The notes under the pieces were generated by a model that did not search any database, was not told the DNA's origin, and worked only from the letters and a program-made list of their open reading frames with translations. Of a DNA stretch of 64,000 nt, positions 9,818-18,439 are shown one piece after another (position 1 is the first letter of the stretch; the number at the start of each line of letters is the position of its first letter). The position numbers and the translations under genes were made by a program. This stretch comes from Caldisericia bacterium (GTDB lineage Bacteria > Caldisericota > Caldisericia > JAAYUI01). The stretch is taken from NCBI GenBank assembly GCA_963674785.1, contig OY771555.1, positions 256,001 to 320,000 on the forward strand, read 5' to 3'.

Positions 9818-12094
9818 ATGAAAAGTCACTTAAAGTCATTTTTTATTTGTTTGATAGTATTGCTGATGGTTGGGTCATCGCTAGGACTCGCAAGTGCTGA
9901 AAACACGAGAACCTGGGCAATGGCTGGGGGAACAGCAGACCGACAGAGAAGAAGCATCGCCCGAGTCGAACCTCCACTAATTCCCGCATGGAACACCGGT
10001 GGCGAAGGCTCGATTTGGGGTGTACGACCAGTTCTTTCATCAAAATATGCTTATCTTGGTTTTGCAAAACTTGTAAGTCAGAAACCTCTTGAATATGACA
10101 GATGGATCGAAAAAAGAGACCTTGAGACAGGAGATCTTATCTGGGATTATGATAAAGCATGGAATATCTGGGGTACCTACCAAGGTGACATCATTGTTCA
10201 AGGATTTGATGATGACTTCAGTGCATGGTATAGAAGAATCGACGGCGGAGATAGGCATACGGTTTGGAATCATACTTGGAATGACAGAACTGTAAGAAAA
10301 ACATCAATCGATGGTGATGTGATTTACACCTCTTCATTTATGGACTCAAAAGATGAAAATGGTGAAGATATAAAGATTCACTACCTTCATGCCTTTTCTG
10401 CTGTTAATGGAAAAATGCTATGGAGGAAAAATTATAAAGACACCACATGTGTTGACCTTGGATTCTGTATCTGGGAAGATGCCCTTTATTATTCGGTTGG
10501 TCTGAAGTTTTATAAGTTGTCCAAAAGTAATGGTGGCGAAATCTGGAGCATCGATATACCAGAAAAGCTACCAAAAAATATCTTCATAACTGCTGACGAA
10601 GAGGGTGTTTTTTATGTGGATATTAATGATAAGCTAATAAAAAGATCACACGAAGATGGAAGTGAGCTTTGGAATATGCAGCTTTCAAGTTATCAAAAAG
10701 AAGAGAAAGATGATACACCATCAAGCTCTCCGGGCATCATGGACGGAAAGGTCTATGTTCAGTCAAGAGGTAACCACCATCAGGGTGAACCAAAGTACAT
10801 GTACTGCCTTGACGCAAAAACTGGACAGATGGTGTGGGAGACAATGCTTGAAGGAACATCATTCCTTGAAAACTTTGACATTGGTCATGCCGTAACCTGC
10901 ACAAAATATGCTGTCTATTGCATGGCAGAAGCACCAGGGATAAAGGATACTCAGATAACAGCATTTGACCCCGAAACTGGAAGAATTATCTGGAAGGATA
11001 CCACAAAAGGTATTCCTTATCAGGATGAGTTAGCTGTTACCACAAGCTACCTTGTTGCAAGTTTTGCTGAATACTCAGATATCAGCGAACCAATCTATGA
11101 ACACAGATGCTGGACAAACAAGGGTGTAGATAAACCCGAACTCGAAACAGAATCCGAAGAGTTATCTTTTGGTGAAATTGATGGAGACACTAAAGTCACT
11201 AAAAAACTCAAGATTTGGAGTGGAACCGATACTGAGATTGTGGGAACAGTTGAATCAAGCGAAGGCTGGTTGACAGTCTCACCCTCAAGCTTCTCTGGGA
11301 ATGAAGTAAACATATCACTGACAGCAAACCCATCCCAGATGACAGAGGGAATCAATCAGGCAACACTATCCATAAAATCAAATGGTGGGGATAAAGATAT
11401 CAGCGTCACAGCTATTTATGGGAAAGGAAGTTTGCTTGAGGAAAAAACATTCAATTTCGACATAAATTGCACCAACTTTGATGATTGGAAAGAGATTATA
11501 AGGCTTGAAGGGTTTCAAAAAGGCTCAGTTGATGTCGATGTTCCATGGCTAATTGTTGAACCAAGTATAATCATGGGGACAGATATAGATGTTGTTTTCA
11601 AACTGAATGAAACCCAGGTCAATGACACAAACAGATCGGCAGAAGTTATCATTGAAACTGGAAATGTAAAATACACCTGCATCATCAATATCACAAAAAT
11701 GCCGATCACAAGAAACATCAACATGTGGATCAGCAATAAAGAGGCACTCGTAAACGGTGAAAAACAAACTGTTGACCCACCTCCTCAGATTCTTGAGGGA
11801 AGGACAATGCTTCCTCTCAGATTCACAGGTGAAGCACTTGGAATTGAATTTACGTGGATTGCAGAAACCAGAAGTGTTGAATACTTTACATTCAACGGTG
11901 AAAAGGTTGTTCTTGGAATAGGCAACAAGGTCGCAAAAATTGGCGAGAGAGAAGTAACCGTTGACCCACCAGCACAAATCCTTGAGGGAAGAACGATGGT
12001 TCCTGTCAGATTCATCAGTGAATCCCTTGGTGCAGAAGTCTCCTGGGATGGCGATGAACGCAAAGTAACAGTAGATTTGGAGATTTGCCAATAA
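9818..12094 (+). CDS. Secreted PQQ-like beta-propeller + BACON + copper amine oxidase N-terminal domain protein
   Basis: Signal peptide, propeller repeats, WLTVSP, two PP(A)QILEGRTM(L/V)P(L/V)RF stalk repeats. Confidence 0.85.
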   Translation: MKSHLKSFFICLIVLLMVGSSLGLASAENTRTWAMAGGTADRQRRSIARVEPPLIPAWNTGGEGSIWGVRPVLSSKYAYLGFAKLVSQKPLEYDRWIEKRDLETGDLIWDYDKAWNIWGTYQGDIIVQGFDDDFSAWYRRIDGGDRHTVWNHTWNDRTVRKTSIDGDVIYTSSFMDSKDENGEDIKIHYLHAFSAVNGKMLWRKNYKDTTCVDLGFCIWEDALYYSVGLKFYKLSKSNGGEIWSIDIPEKLPKNIFITADEEGVFYVDINDKLIKRSHEDGSELWNMQLSSYQKEEKDDTPSSSPGIMDGKVYVQSRGNHHQGEPKYMYCLDAKTGQMVWETMLEGTSFLENFDIGHAVTCTKYAVYCMAEAPGIKDTQITAFDPETGRIIWKDTTKGIPYQDELAVTTSYLVASFAEYSDISEPIYEHRCWTNKGVDKPELETESEELSFGEIDGDTKVTKKLKIWSGTDTEIVGTVESSEGWLTVSPSSFSGNEVNISLTANPSQMTEGINQATLSIKSNGGDKDISVTAIYGKGSLLEEKTFNFDINCTNFDDWKEIIRLEGFQKGSVDVDVPWLIVEPSIIMGTDIDVVFKLNETQVNDTNRSAEVIIETGNVKYTCIINITKMPITRNINMWISNKEALVNGEKQTVDPPPQILEGRTMLPLRFTGEALGIEFTWIAETRSVEYFTFNGEKVVLGIGNKVAKIGEREVTVDPPAQILEGRTMVPVRFISESLGAEVSWDGDERKVTVDLEICQ

Positions 12095-12104
12095 GTTATT
12101 GCCT

Positions 12105-13301
12105 ATGAGTCTCGAGAGTAAACTGAACAGAATTTTGGGTGCGGGAAGTAATCCTGCACCCAAAAAAAATATTGTACCCATTGATGAATTGATCTCTGGT
12201 GAGTGGGAAAAAGATGGGGATTCAAAAGTTTTCATCAGGGAAAGTGTCACGAATCTCGATGCACTAACGAGTTCCCACTTTGAATCCTTAAAGAGTGTTT
12301 CAGGAATCACATCTGATATTTCCGATGACAGACTTTTATTCATGGACACAGAAACAACAGGTCTCATGGGTGGAACGGGAACATTTGCCTTCATGATTGG
12401 GGTTGGCAAAGTCAAAAACGGCAAATTTCAAACAACCCAGTTTTTCATGCCTAATTTCTCAGATGAATTTTTGCATCTGAAACTTTTTTCTGATTACATA
12501 AACAAAGATACGATCCTTGCGACATTCAACGGAAAAACTTTTGATGCCCCTCTTCTTGAATCAAGATTCATTTTGAATCGAATGAGAAACCCTCTAAACC
12601 TTGAACACATCGACCTCCTTCACTACGCACGTGTCATATGGCGTGAAACCCTTGATTCATGTTCGCTGCAGAGCCTCGAAAAAAACATCTTGAATCTTCA
12701 CCGATTTGATGACACTCCAGGATTCATGATTCCACAGATTTATTTCAACTACATCAGGGAAGGAAACGCCAAACCCATCCCTGGAATATTTGAACACAAT
12801 GAGATAGACATCGTCTCAATGCACAAGATTATGTACGCTATTGCGGACATCTTCGATAACCCCAAAAGCAAATACTTCGAATCCCCAAAAGAAATTCTGA
12901 GGGTTGGCAAATATCATCTTAATAAGGAAAGATGTGAGAAAGCATTTGAATATTTCAAAGAGGCGACCCTCTGTGAGGACTTGGAAACTTCTGATAAAAC
13001 CCATCTTGAAATTGGCTTTTATCACAAAAAGGGAGGGGATTTTGTAGAGTCATTTGAGGCTTTTTCAAGAGTCAGAAGTAACCCAAAAATGATGATCACA
13101 GCAAGGGTCGAGATGGCAAAGCACCTTGAGCATCGGGTCAAAGATTTTGATAGTGCTTTGAATCACACCAACAAAGCTATTCAAACCCACCAAAACATGA
13201 AACATCTGATGGGAGAATCTGTTTCATGTATAAGTGCTGAGGAGCTGTACCACAGACAGAGAAGACTGCTTGAGAAGAAAAAGAGGTTTGAAAATAAGTA
13301 G
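12105..13301 (+). CDS. YprB/MrfB-like RNase H-like (DEDD) exonuclease with C-terminal TPR region
   Basis: FMDTETTGL, TFNGKTFD, HIDLLH, HNEIDI; helical C-terminus with AKHLEH. Confidence 0.85.
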   Translation: MSLESKLNRILGAGSNPAPKKNIVPIDELISGEWEKDGDSKVFIRESVTNLDALTSSHFESLKSVSGITSDISDDRLLFMDTETTGLMGGTGTFAFMIGVGKVKNGKFQTTQFFMPNFSDEFLHLKLFSDYINKDTILATFNGKTFDAPLLESRFILNRMRNPLNLEHIDLLHYARVIWRETLDSCSLQSLEKNILNLHRFDDTPGFMIPQIYFNYIREGNAKPIPGIFEHNEIDIVSMHKIMYAIADIFDNPKSKYFESPKEILRVGKYHLNKERCEKAFEYFKEATLCEDLETSDKTHLEIGFYHKKGGDFVESFEAFSRVRSNPKMMITARVEMAKHLEHRVKDFDSALNHTNKAIQTHQNMKHLMGESVSCISAEELYHRQRRLLEKKKRFENK

Positions 13302-13335
13302 GTTTTTAAGTATCCTCTTTTTTATGGAGAAACTC

Positions 13336-14637
13336 ATGAAAAAGATTTCATTACTATTGACCATTATTATTTTGCTTTCTGGCTGCAGTCTAACCAATAA
13401 CCAAGAGCAAGAGCCAGAAAAAGAATTGCAAATCGAGGAGACCTCAAAAATTATAGAGAAACATCTTTTGCATGAGGGCGGATACATTCATACATTTTTT
13501 GACTTTGTACTTGATCCAAACTCAAATCCACACTACATCATATTTGATGAAAGAGGTGGCAATGACTGTCCACCTGAGATTTATAATGGAACCTACACAG
13601 GAGATGGCTTTAAACCATCCTCATTCGATGAGGATATTTCTACAATTTTTAATGGTTGCGAATTGAATCTAAGATTTGGAGAACCTTGTATTTCTACTGT
13701 TCAAAATCAAACCTCCCATATTGCCTGCCTCTACGACAAACAAGATTCTGAAAAAAGTGGATTGCTTTATCTCAAATACAAAAATCATAGATATTATTCA
13801 ATAGATAATCTCGAGATAACAAACAAAAACCTCTCGAAAGCATTCATCATGGAAGATGATAAAGTACGAGGTGTTAATATCGAGACGGATTCAAAGAACA
13901 ATCCTCACATTATCTGGGGATCAATTATTCATTATCCGAAGTACTGCCTGAGTTACATTTGGTGGAACGGAGAAGAATGGAAAAATTACAAAGGTGAAGA
14001 TATAGATTTAGGTAACAAAAACTGGGTGGTTGGCGACATAACCATTGAAGGCAGTGCATTACTAACCTCTATTAGTAAAAATGATTCAATGTACGTTGCA
14101 AATGAAGTTTTCGACAGAAAACTCGAGTTAGATTTTTTAGAGGTAATCAGGCTCAAAGATGGCGCTATCTCGATATTAGATACATCCGACATCTACAAAG
14201 AAAGGATTATTGATCCAACTTTCACGGTAACAAAAAAAGGTGAGTTTATTTTTACATGGAATAATTACAAAAAAAGCTATTTTTGCAGATTTGATGGTGA
14301 AACCTGGAGAAATTATAAAAATCTTGAGATAAAAGACCCGACTGGTGATGCAATGCTACCTATCTTGGGAACAACTTTTGTAGATGGTGATGGAGTTTTG
14401 CACGTGTTAAAAGGTGAACACTATATCTATCTAAGGTGGGATGGATTTGTTTGGACAAACATAAATGGTGAGGTTGTCGATCCCATTGAGTATTACTCTG
14501 CCTTAATCCCTGATGAGAAAAAAGCATCCCCGTATTCAACAAAATTTGCCGTTGAAGAAAGCGGTGATATTCACATTCTAAGTACGGCAAGCAATTCAGG
14601 TTTTGGATTTGGGTTGTATTATATTTCTGTGAAATAA
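13336..14637 (+). CDS. Lipoprotein of the DxxxxPH / YxxWDG..W repeat family
   Basis: Lipobox LSGC after GGAG RBS; repeats shared with 48052..49461 and 49458..50918. Confidence 0.75.
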   Translation: MKKISLLLTIIILLSGCSLTNNQEQEPEKELQIEETSKIIEKHLLHEGGYIHTFFDFVLDPNSNPHYIIFDERGGNDCPPEIYNGTYTGDGFKPSSFDEDISTIFNGCELNLRFGEPCISTVQNQTSHIACLYDKQDSEKSGLLYLKYKNHRYYSIDNLEITNKNLSKAFIMEDDKVRGVNIETDSKNNPHIIWGSIIHYPKYCLSYIWWNGEEWKNYKGEDIDLGNKNWVVGDITIEGSALLTSISKNDSMYVANEVFDRKLELDFLEVIRLKDGAISILDTSDIYKERIIDPTFTVTKKGEFIFTWNNYKKSYFCRFDGETWRNYKNLEIKDPTGDAMLPILGTTFVDGDGVLHVLKGEHYIYLRWDGFVWTNINGEVVDPIEYYSALIPDEKKASPYSTKFAVEESGDIHILSTASNSGFGFGLYYISVK

Positions 14638-14675
14638 TTACAATCCTTTTCCACACCTTCTATTCAAAAAAACTT

Positions 14676-14703
14676 CTGGATTTCCGGTCGCGAACAGGAA
14701 TGA
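14676..14703 (-). repeat. Degenerate CGTC-type palindromic repeat
   Basis: CTGGATTTCCGGTCGCGAACAGGAATGA matches the CTGGATTCCC..GGGAATGAC pattern at 47011. Confidence 0.5.
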
Positions 14704-14712
14704 TAAAAAACG

Positions 14713-14742
14713 AAAAAAGCCCCTCAAGTTTTTTCGAGGGGC
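14713..14742 (-). terminator. Rho-independent terminator of 14761..18255
   Basis: GCCCCTC/GAGGGGC stem followed by T6 on the minus strand. Confidence 0.7.
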
Positions 14743-14760
14743 GGGTTGATAAAATCCTGT

Positions 14761-17700
14761 TTATGAGAACTTCACAGTAAAGCTGACCTCCTGGTCATCA
14801 CAATCTGGAACCTTTATCTTGAACTTGAAGGTTGCAGATTTCAGCTTCACAATACCCAGATTTGTAGGCATTTTAAATGAGATTGTGATCAGTTGCTTCT
14901 CACCTGGTTTGATTGTGAGTGTTATAGGTTTGATACTCATTGTTCCAGAAACACTATCAAGTATAACAGTGACGGCTTCGTCGCAATTGTTTTTGAGATA
15001 GTATTTCGCAGTTCCAGTTTTTCCAGCAGCAACTGATTCAGGCACAACCTGCTTAATGGCTTCAATTTCACAACAAGTACACGCCCTACACGTAACAGAG
15101 AACTTAACCGTTAATGGATCACAATCGTTCACATCTGCTGCAAAACTAAAGGAATGCGTCTTTCCAACAGTGCAATCGGGCATAGTGAACTGAACAACTA
15201 TTGTCTGAGACGTACCAGGTTTAAGCGAAAGCTTTGCTGGTTCAATGTTTGTAATGCCTGAACTTCTGCTCCATGTAAATGAAAGTTCTTTTACCTGACT
15301 CACACAGTCATTCGTCACAACCAACTGATAAGAACCAGTTTCACCAGGGCAGTATGAAGGCATTATTCTCAGTTTTGGTGCAAATGAAACCTCACAACAA
15401 CTGCAATCTTTGCAGGTAACAGTGAAATATCCACTTACATTTTCACAGTCATTAACGACAGCCTCAAACTCGATTTTTGTGGCTTTTCCAATCACACAAT
15501 CTGGCATCACAAATCTACATGTGATGTCCTTTGATTCACCAGGTTTAAGCGTGAAACTCGATGGAGAGATTGTTGTTATTGCAGAGCTTCTGCTCCAAAC
15601 CATCTCAATATTCTTGACTTCATCATCACAGTTGTTCGTGATAACCATCACATAGGAGCCCTCTTCACCAGTACATGCGGAAATTGCAAGTCTGTATTTT
15701 GGATTGATGACCACATCACAACAACTTGCACAATCCTGACATACTACTGTAAATTTTCCAGCAAGATTTGGGCAATCATTTACATATGCCATGAAGTGGA
15801 AATCATTACCCTCTCCAGCTTCGCAATCATCTGGCATCGTAAAGTTTACAACAACAGTTGTCATTTCACCTGGTTCGAGGGTGAGCATCTTATGAGACAT
15901 GGATGTGATTCCAGAGTTATCAGCCCAAAAGAAGTTGATAGTTTTAAGCTCATCTGTGCAATTATTCTTCACGACCATCTGATACGAACCAGATTCACCT
16001 GGGCATGATGTAGGAATCATCTTGAGTTTGGATGTAAACGAAACATCACAACAGCTTTCAACTTCACAGCTCTTGCAAGTCGCATAAAAGTCAATCCAGT
16101 CCTCACAAGAAGAATTGCTGCCATTGACTGTTGCGGTCAATAGTGCACTAAATCTTTCATCCTCCCCCTCAATGCAATCATCAGGCATTTTATAATCGAT
16201 CCTTACTGTTTTTTCCTCATCTGGTGCAAGTTCAAATGTTGCAGGAAGAATCTCTGTGATGTTTGACCAGTCGCCACCTGCAATATCAAACTTGAATGAT
16301 AGTGAATTATCAGAACAGATATTTTTCACTTTCAAATTTAAGCTGAACTCTTCACCTGCACAATAGCTTTCAGCAACTGGGTCAAGCTCATATTCAAATT
16401 CACAACAAATCCTACACTCAACTCTGTATTCAAGAGTCTTTGAGCCACAGAGCTGACCATCTGCGGTATATGCATCAATCTTGACCTTAAAGACACATTT
16501 GCCGCCACCCTCACAATCCTTTGGCATTGTGTTTTGAGTCTTGATCATCTCTGTTCTTCCCGGAGAAACGGTCACATCATTTGGTTTTATTTCATAGATT
16601 GTACCGATACATCCCTCTTCTGATTCTTCAGAAATGTCAGTCATCACAAATGTCAAATCATCCTCATCGCAGAGATTTTTCAAGTACAAACCAAGCTGGA
16701 ATGATTCGCCAGCATAAACTGGTGGCGGAATACGACCATAAGTAACCGAGAAATCACAACAAACTTCACATTTTACACACTCAACTGAAAGTTCTTGAAG
16801 TTTTTTCCCGCACACCTTGCCATCTTTATCATATGCAGTTACTTCAAGTGAGAAGACCACATCCTCACCTTCCAAACAATCCTCTGGCATCTTGCATTTG
16901 AAGTAGCTATCATTATTCTGTCCAGCAAGAACCGAGAATTCGGCATCTGACTCTTCATACTTTGGTGCAATTTCACCCTGAGAGTTTTCAGATTTTTCAA
17001 CCTTGAATTTGAGTTCATTATTTGCGCAGGTATTCTTTACTCTGAGTTTCAAATCAAATTCATCCCCTGCACATATTGTTTTCGGTACTTCTAAAAACTC
17101 AGTTTCAAATTCACAACAGCTGCAATCGATGCACTCAGCATTGATTTTAACAAATTTCTCCTCATCGCCGCATTTGGAGATGATCTTGAAACCTTTACTT
17201 ATCGATTTTCCAGGTTCACAGTCTTCGGGCATAATAACAGGAATCAAAATAGTTTTTGTCTCACCAGCACTGAGCCTTATAGACTGGTTCAGATGCTCAT
17301 CTTCAGGATATAGCGAGGAAAGATATAGCTTGATCAAGCCTTCTTCACAATTGTTTTTAACAATGATTGGAAATTTCTCTGTTGTTCCTGCACAAACTGC
17401 AAAATCCTCTTCGTTGTATTCAACTGACCAATCACAACAATCTCCGAAAATATCCGGGCAACATTCACCCTCAGGGATAGCTTCCCATTTTACAATGCCG
17501 TTATTATCATCCAAGCAGAGCTTGATGCATTCTCCCTCATATTTTTCAAGAGTGTAGCTTCCACCATCTTCAAAATCAGCTGCGTTTACCGCTTCTAACT
17601 CTTTATCGGCAACAGCAAACGCTACGGATTCTTTTCCACAGCCCTCATAGAACTTAATCGATAGATTACCGTTCTCATCTGTTACTTTTTCGAAATCACC

Positions 17701-18255
17701 AATCTCAGTCCACTCACAGCAGCCATCAACATTGAAGATCAATTCAACAGTTCTTGTATCTCCATACCACTTGATGTCACACGTTCCAAGCTGTTCACCA
17801 ATGAATCTGAATGGAAGAAATGTTCGACCGCCATCAATGAATGGTTTAACATCAGGATTGTTCGGATCAATCTGAATCTCTTCCCCATCCACCTCGGCAA
17901 TATGATTATCAATCCAAAGATCAATTACCTTTCCATCTGCTGTGTTGATCGTTACCTTTCTTTCTGTTCCATCCCATCCGATTGATGTTCCTGGAAGACT
18001 TTCTACAACATATCTGACAAGAATGAATGTCCTATCATGTCTTATCATAGGGGCAGATTCCATGGGCCCATTTTCCACATCATCCACCCAATATGCAGTG
18101 CTTCCAATCTGGTATGAAAGCCTTAACACACAATCAGAGCACCCTTCATCTTCTAATAAACCAACATGGTTTTGCACATCGACAACACCATATGTGTTGA
18201 TAAAACTAGTAAACACAAAAACAGCAACAATAAAAATAGTCATCCACTTCTTCAT
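14761..18255 (-). CDS. Secreted protein: copper amine oxidase N-terminal domain plus about 8 cysteine-rich Ig-like repeats
   Basis: Signal peptide MKKWMT after AGGAG; GGRTFLPFRFIGE; repeats starting CC(D/E) and ending in C..C. Confidence 0.8.
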   Translation of the reverse strand: MKKWMTIFIVAVFVFTSFINTYGVVDVQNHVGLLEDEGCSDCVLRLSYQIGSTAYWVDDVENGPMESAPMIRHDRTFILVRYVVESLPGTSIGWDGTERKVTINTADGKVIDLWIDNHIAEVDGEEIQIDPNNPDVKPFIDGGRTFLPFRFIGEQLGTCDIKWYGDTRTVELIFNVDGCCEWTEIGDFEKVTDENGNLSIKFYEGCGKESVAFAVADKELEAVNAADFEDGGSYTLEKYEGECIKLCLDDNNGIVKWEAIPEGECCPDIFGDCCDWSVEYNEEDFAVCAGTTEKFPIIVKNNCEEGLIKLYLSSLYPEDEHLNQSIRLSAGETKTILIPVIMPEDCEPGKSISKGFKIISKCGDEEKFVKINAECIDCSCCEFETEFLEVPKTICAGDEFDLKLRVKNTCANNELKFKVEKSENSQGEIAPKYEESDAEFSVLAGQNNDSYFKCKMPEDCLEGEDVVFSLEVTAYDKDGKVCGKKLQELSVECVKCEVCCDFSVTYGRIPPPVYAGESFQLGLYLKNLCDEDDLTFVMTDISEESEEGCIGTIYEIKPNDVTVSPGRTEMIKTQNTMPKDCEGGGKCVFKVKIDAYTADGQLCGSKTLEYRVECRICCEFEYELDPVAESYCAGEEFSLNLKVKNICSDNSLSFKFDIAGGDWSNITEILPATFELAPDEEKTVRIDYKMPDDCIEGEDERFSALLTATVNGSNSSCEDWIDFYATCKSCEVESCCDVSFTSKLKMIPTSCPGESGSYQMVVKNNCTDELKTINFFWADNSGITSMSHKMLTLEPGEMTTVVVNFTMPDDCEAGEGNDFHFMAYVNDCPNLAGKFTVVCQDCASCCDVVINPKYRLAISACTGEEGSYVMVITNNCDDEVKNIEMVWSRSSAITTISPSSFTLKPGESKDITCRFVMPDCVIGKATKIEFEAVVNDCENVSGYFTVTCKDCSCCEVSFAPKLRIMPSYCPGETGSYQLVVTNDCVSQVKELSFTWSRSSGITNIEPAKLSLKPGTSQTIVVQFTMPDCTVGKTHSFSFAADVNDCDPLTVKFSVTCRACTCCEIEAIKQVVPESVAAGKTGTAKYYLKNNCDEAVTVILDSVSGTMSIKPITLTIKPGEKQLITISFKMPTNLGIVKLKSATFKFKIKVPDCDDQEVSFTVKFS

Positions 18256-18439
18256 TCTCTCACTCCTTTTCATTCAAGGTACTCTTCAACCAGGATTTTA
18301 GTTCTAACGCGTAAAAATTGCAAATTCAAAAATGAACCGATTGATAAAATCAGTTTTTTTGGTACAATTACAGCGTCATGGAGTGTTACATGAGAAACAA
18401 AGATACTTTAAGATTCCAGATATCTGTAAGGAGTTCCTT

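Noticed and set aside
11761-12030. Internal DNA repeat GTTGACCCACC..CTTGAGGGAAG.AC.ATG as DGR template/variable repeat
   Set aside because: It is the normal duplicated stalk-domain motif within one ORF; no reverse transcriptase in the window.
11549-12424. 291-aa minus-strand ORF and the many other short overlapping ORFs
   Set aside because: Antisense or off-frame shadows of well-supported genes, with no motifs.
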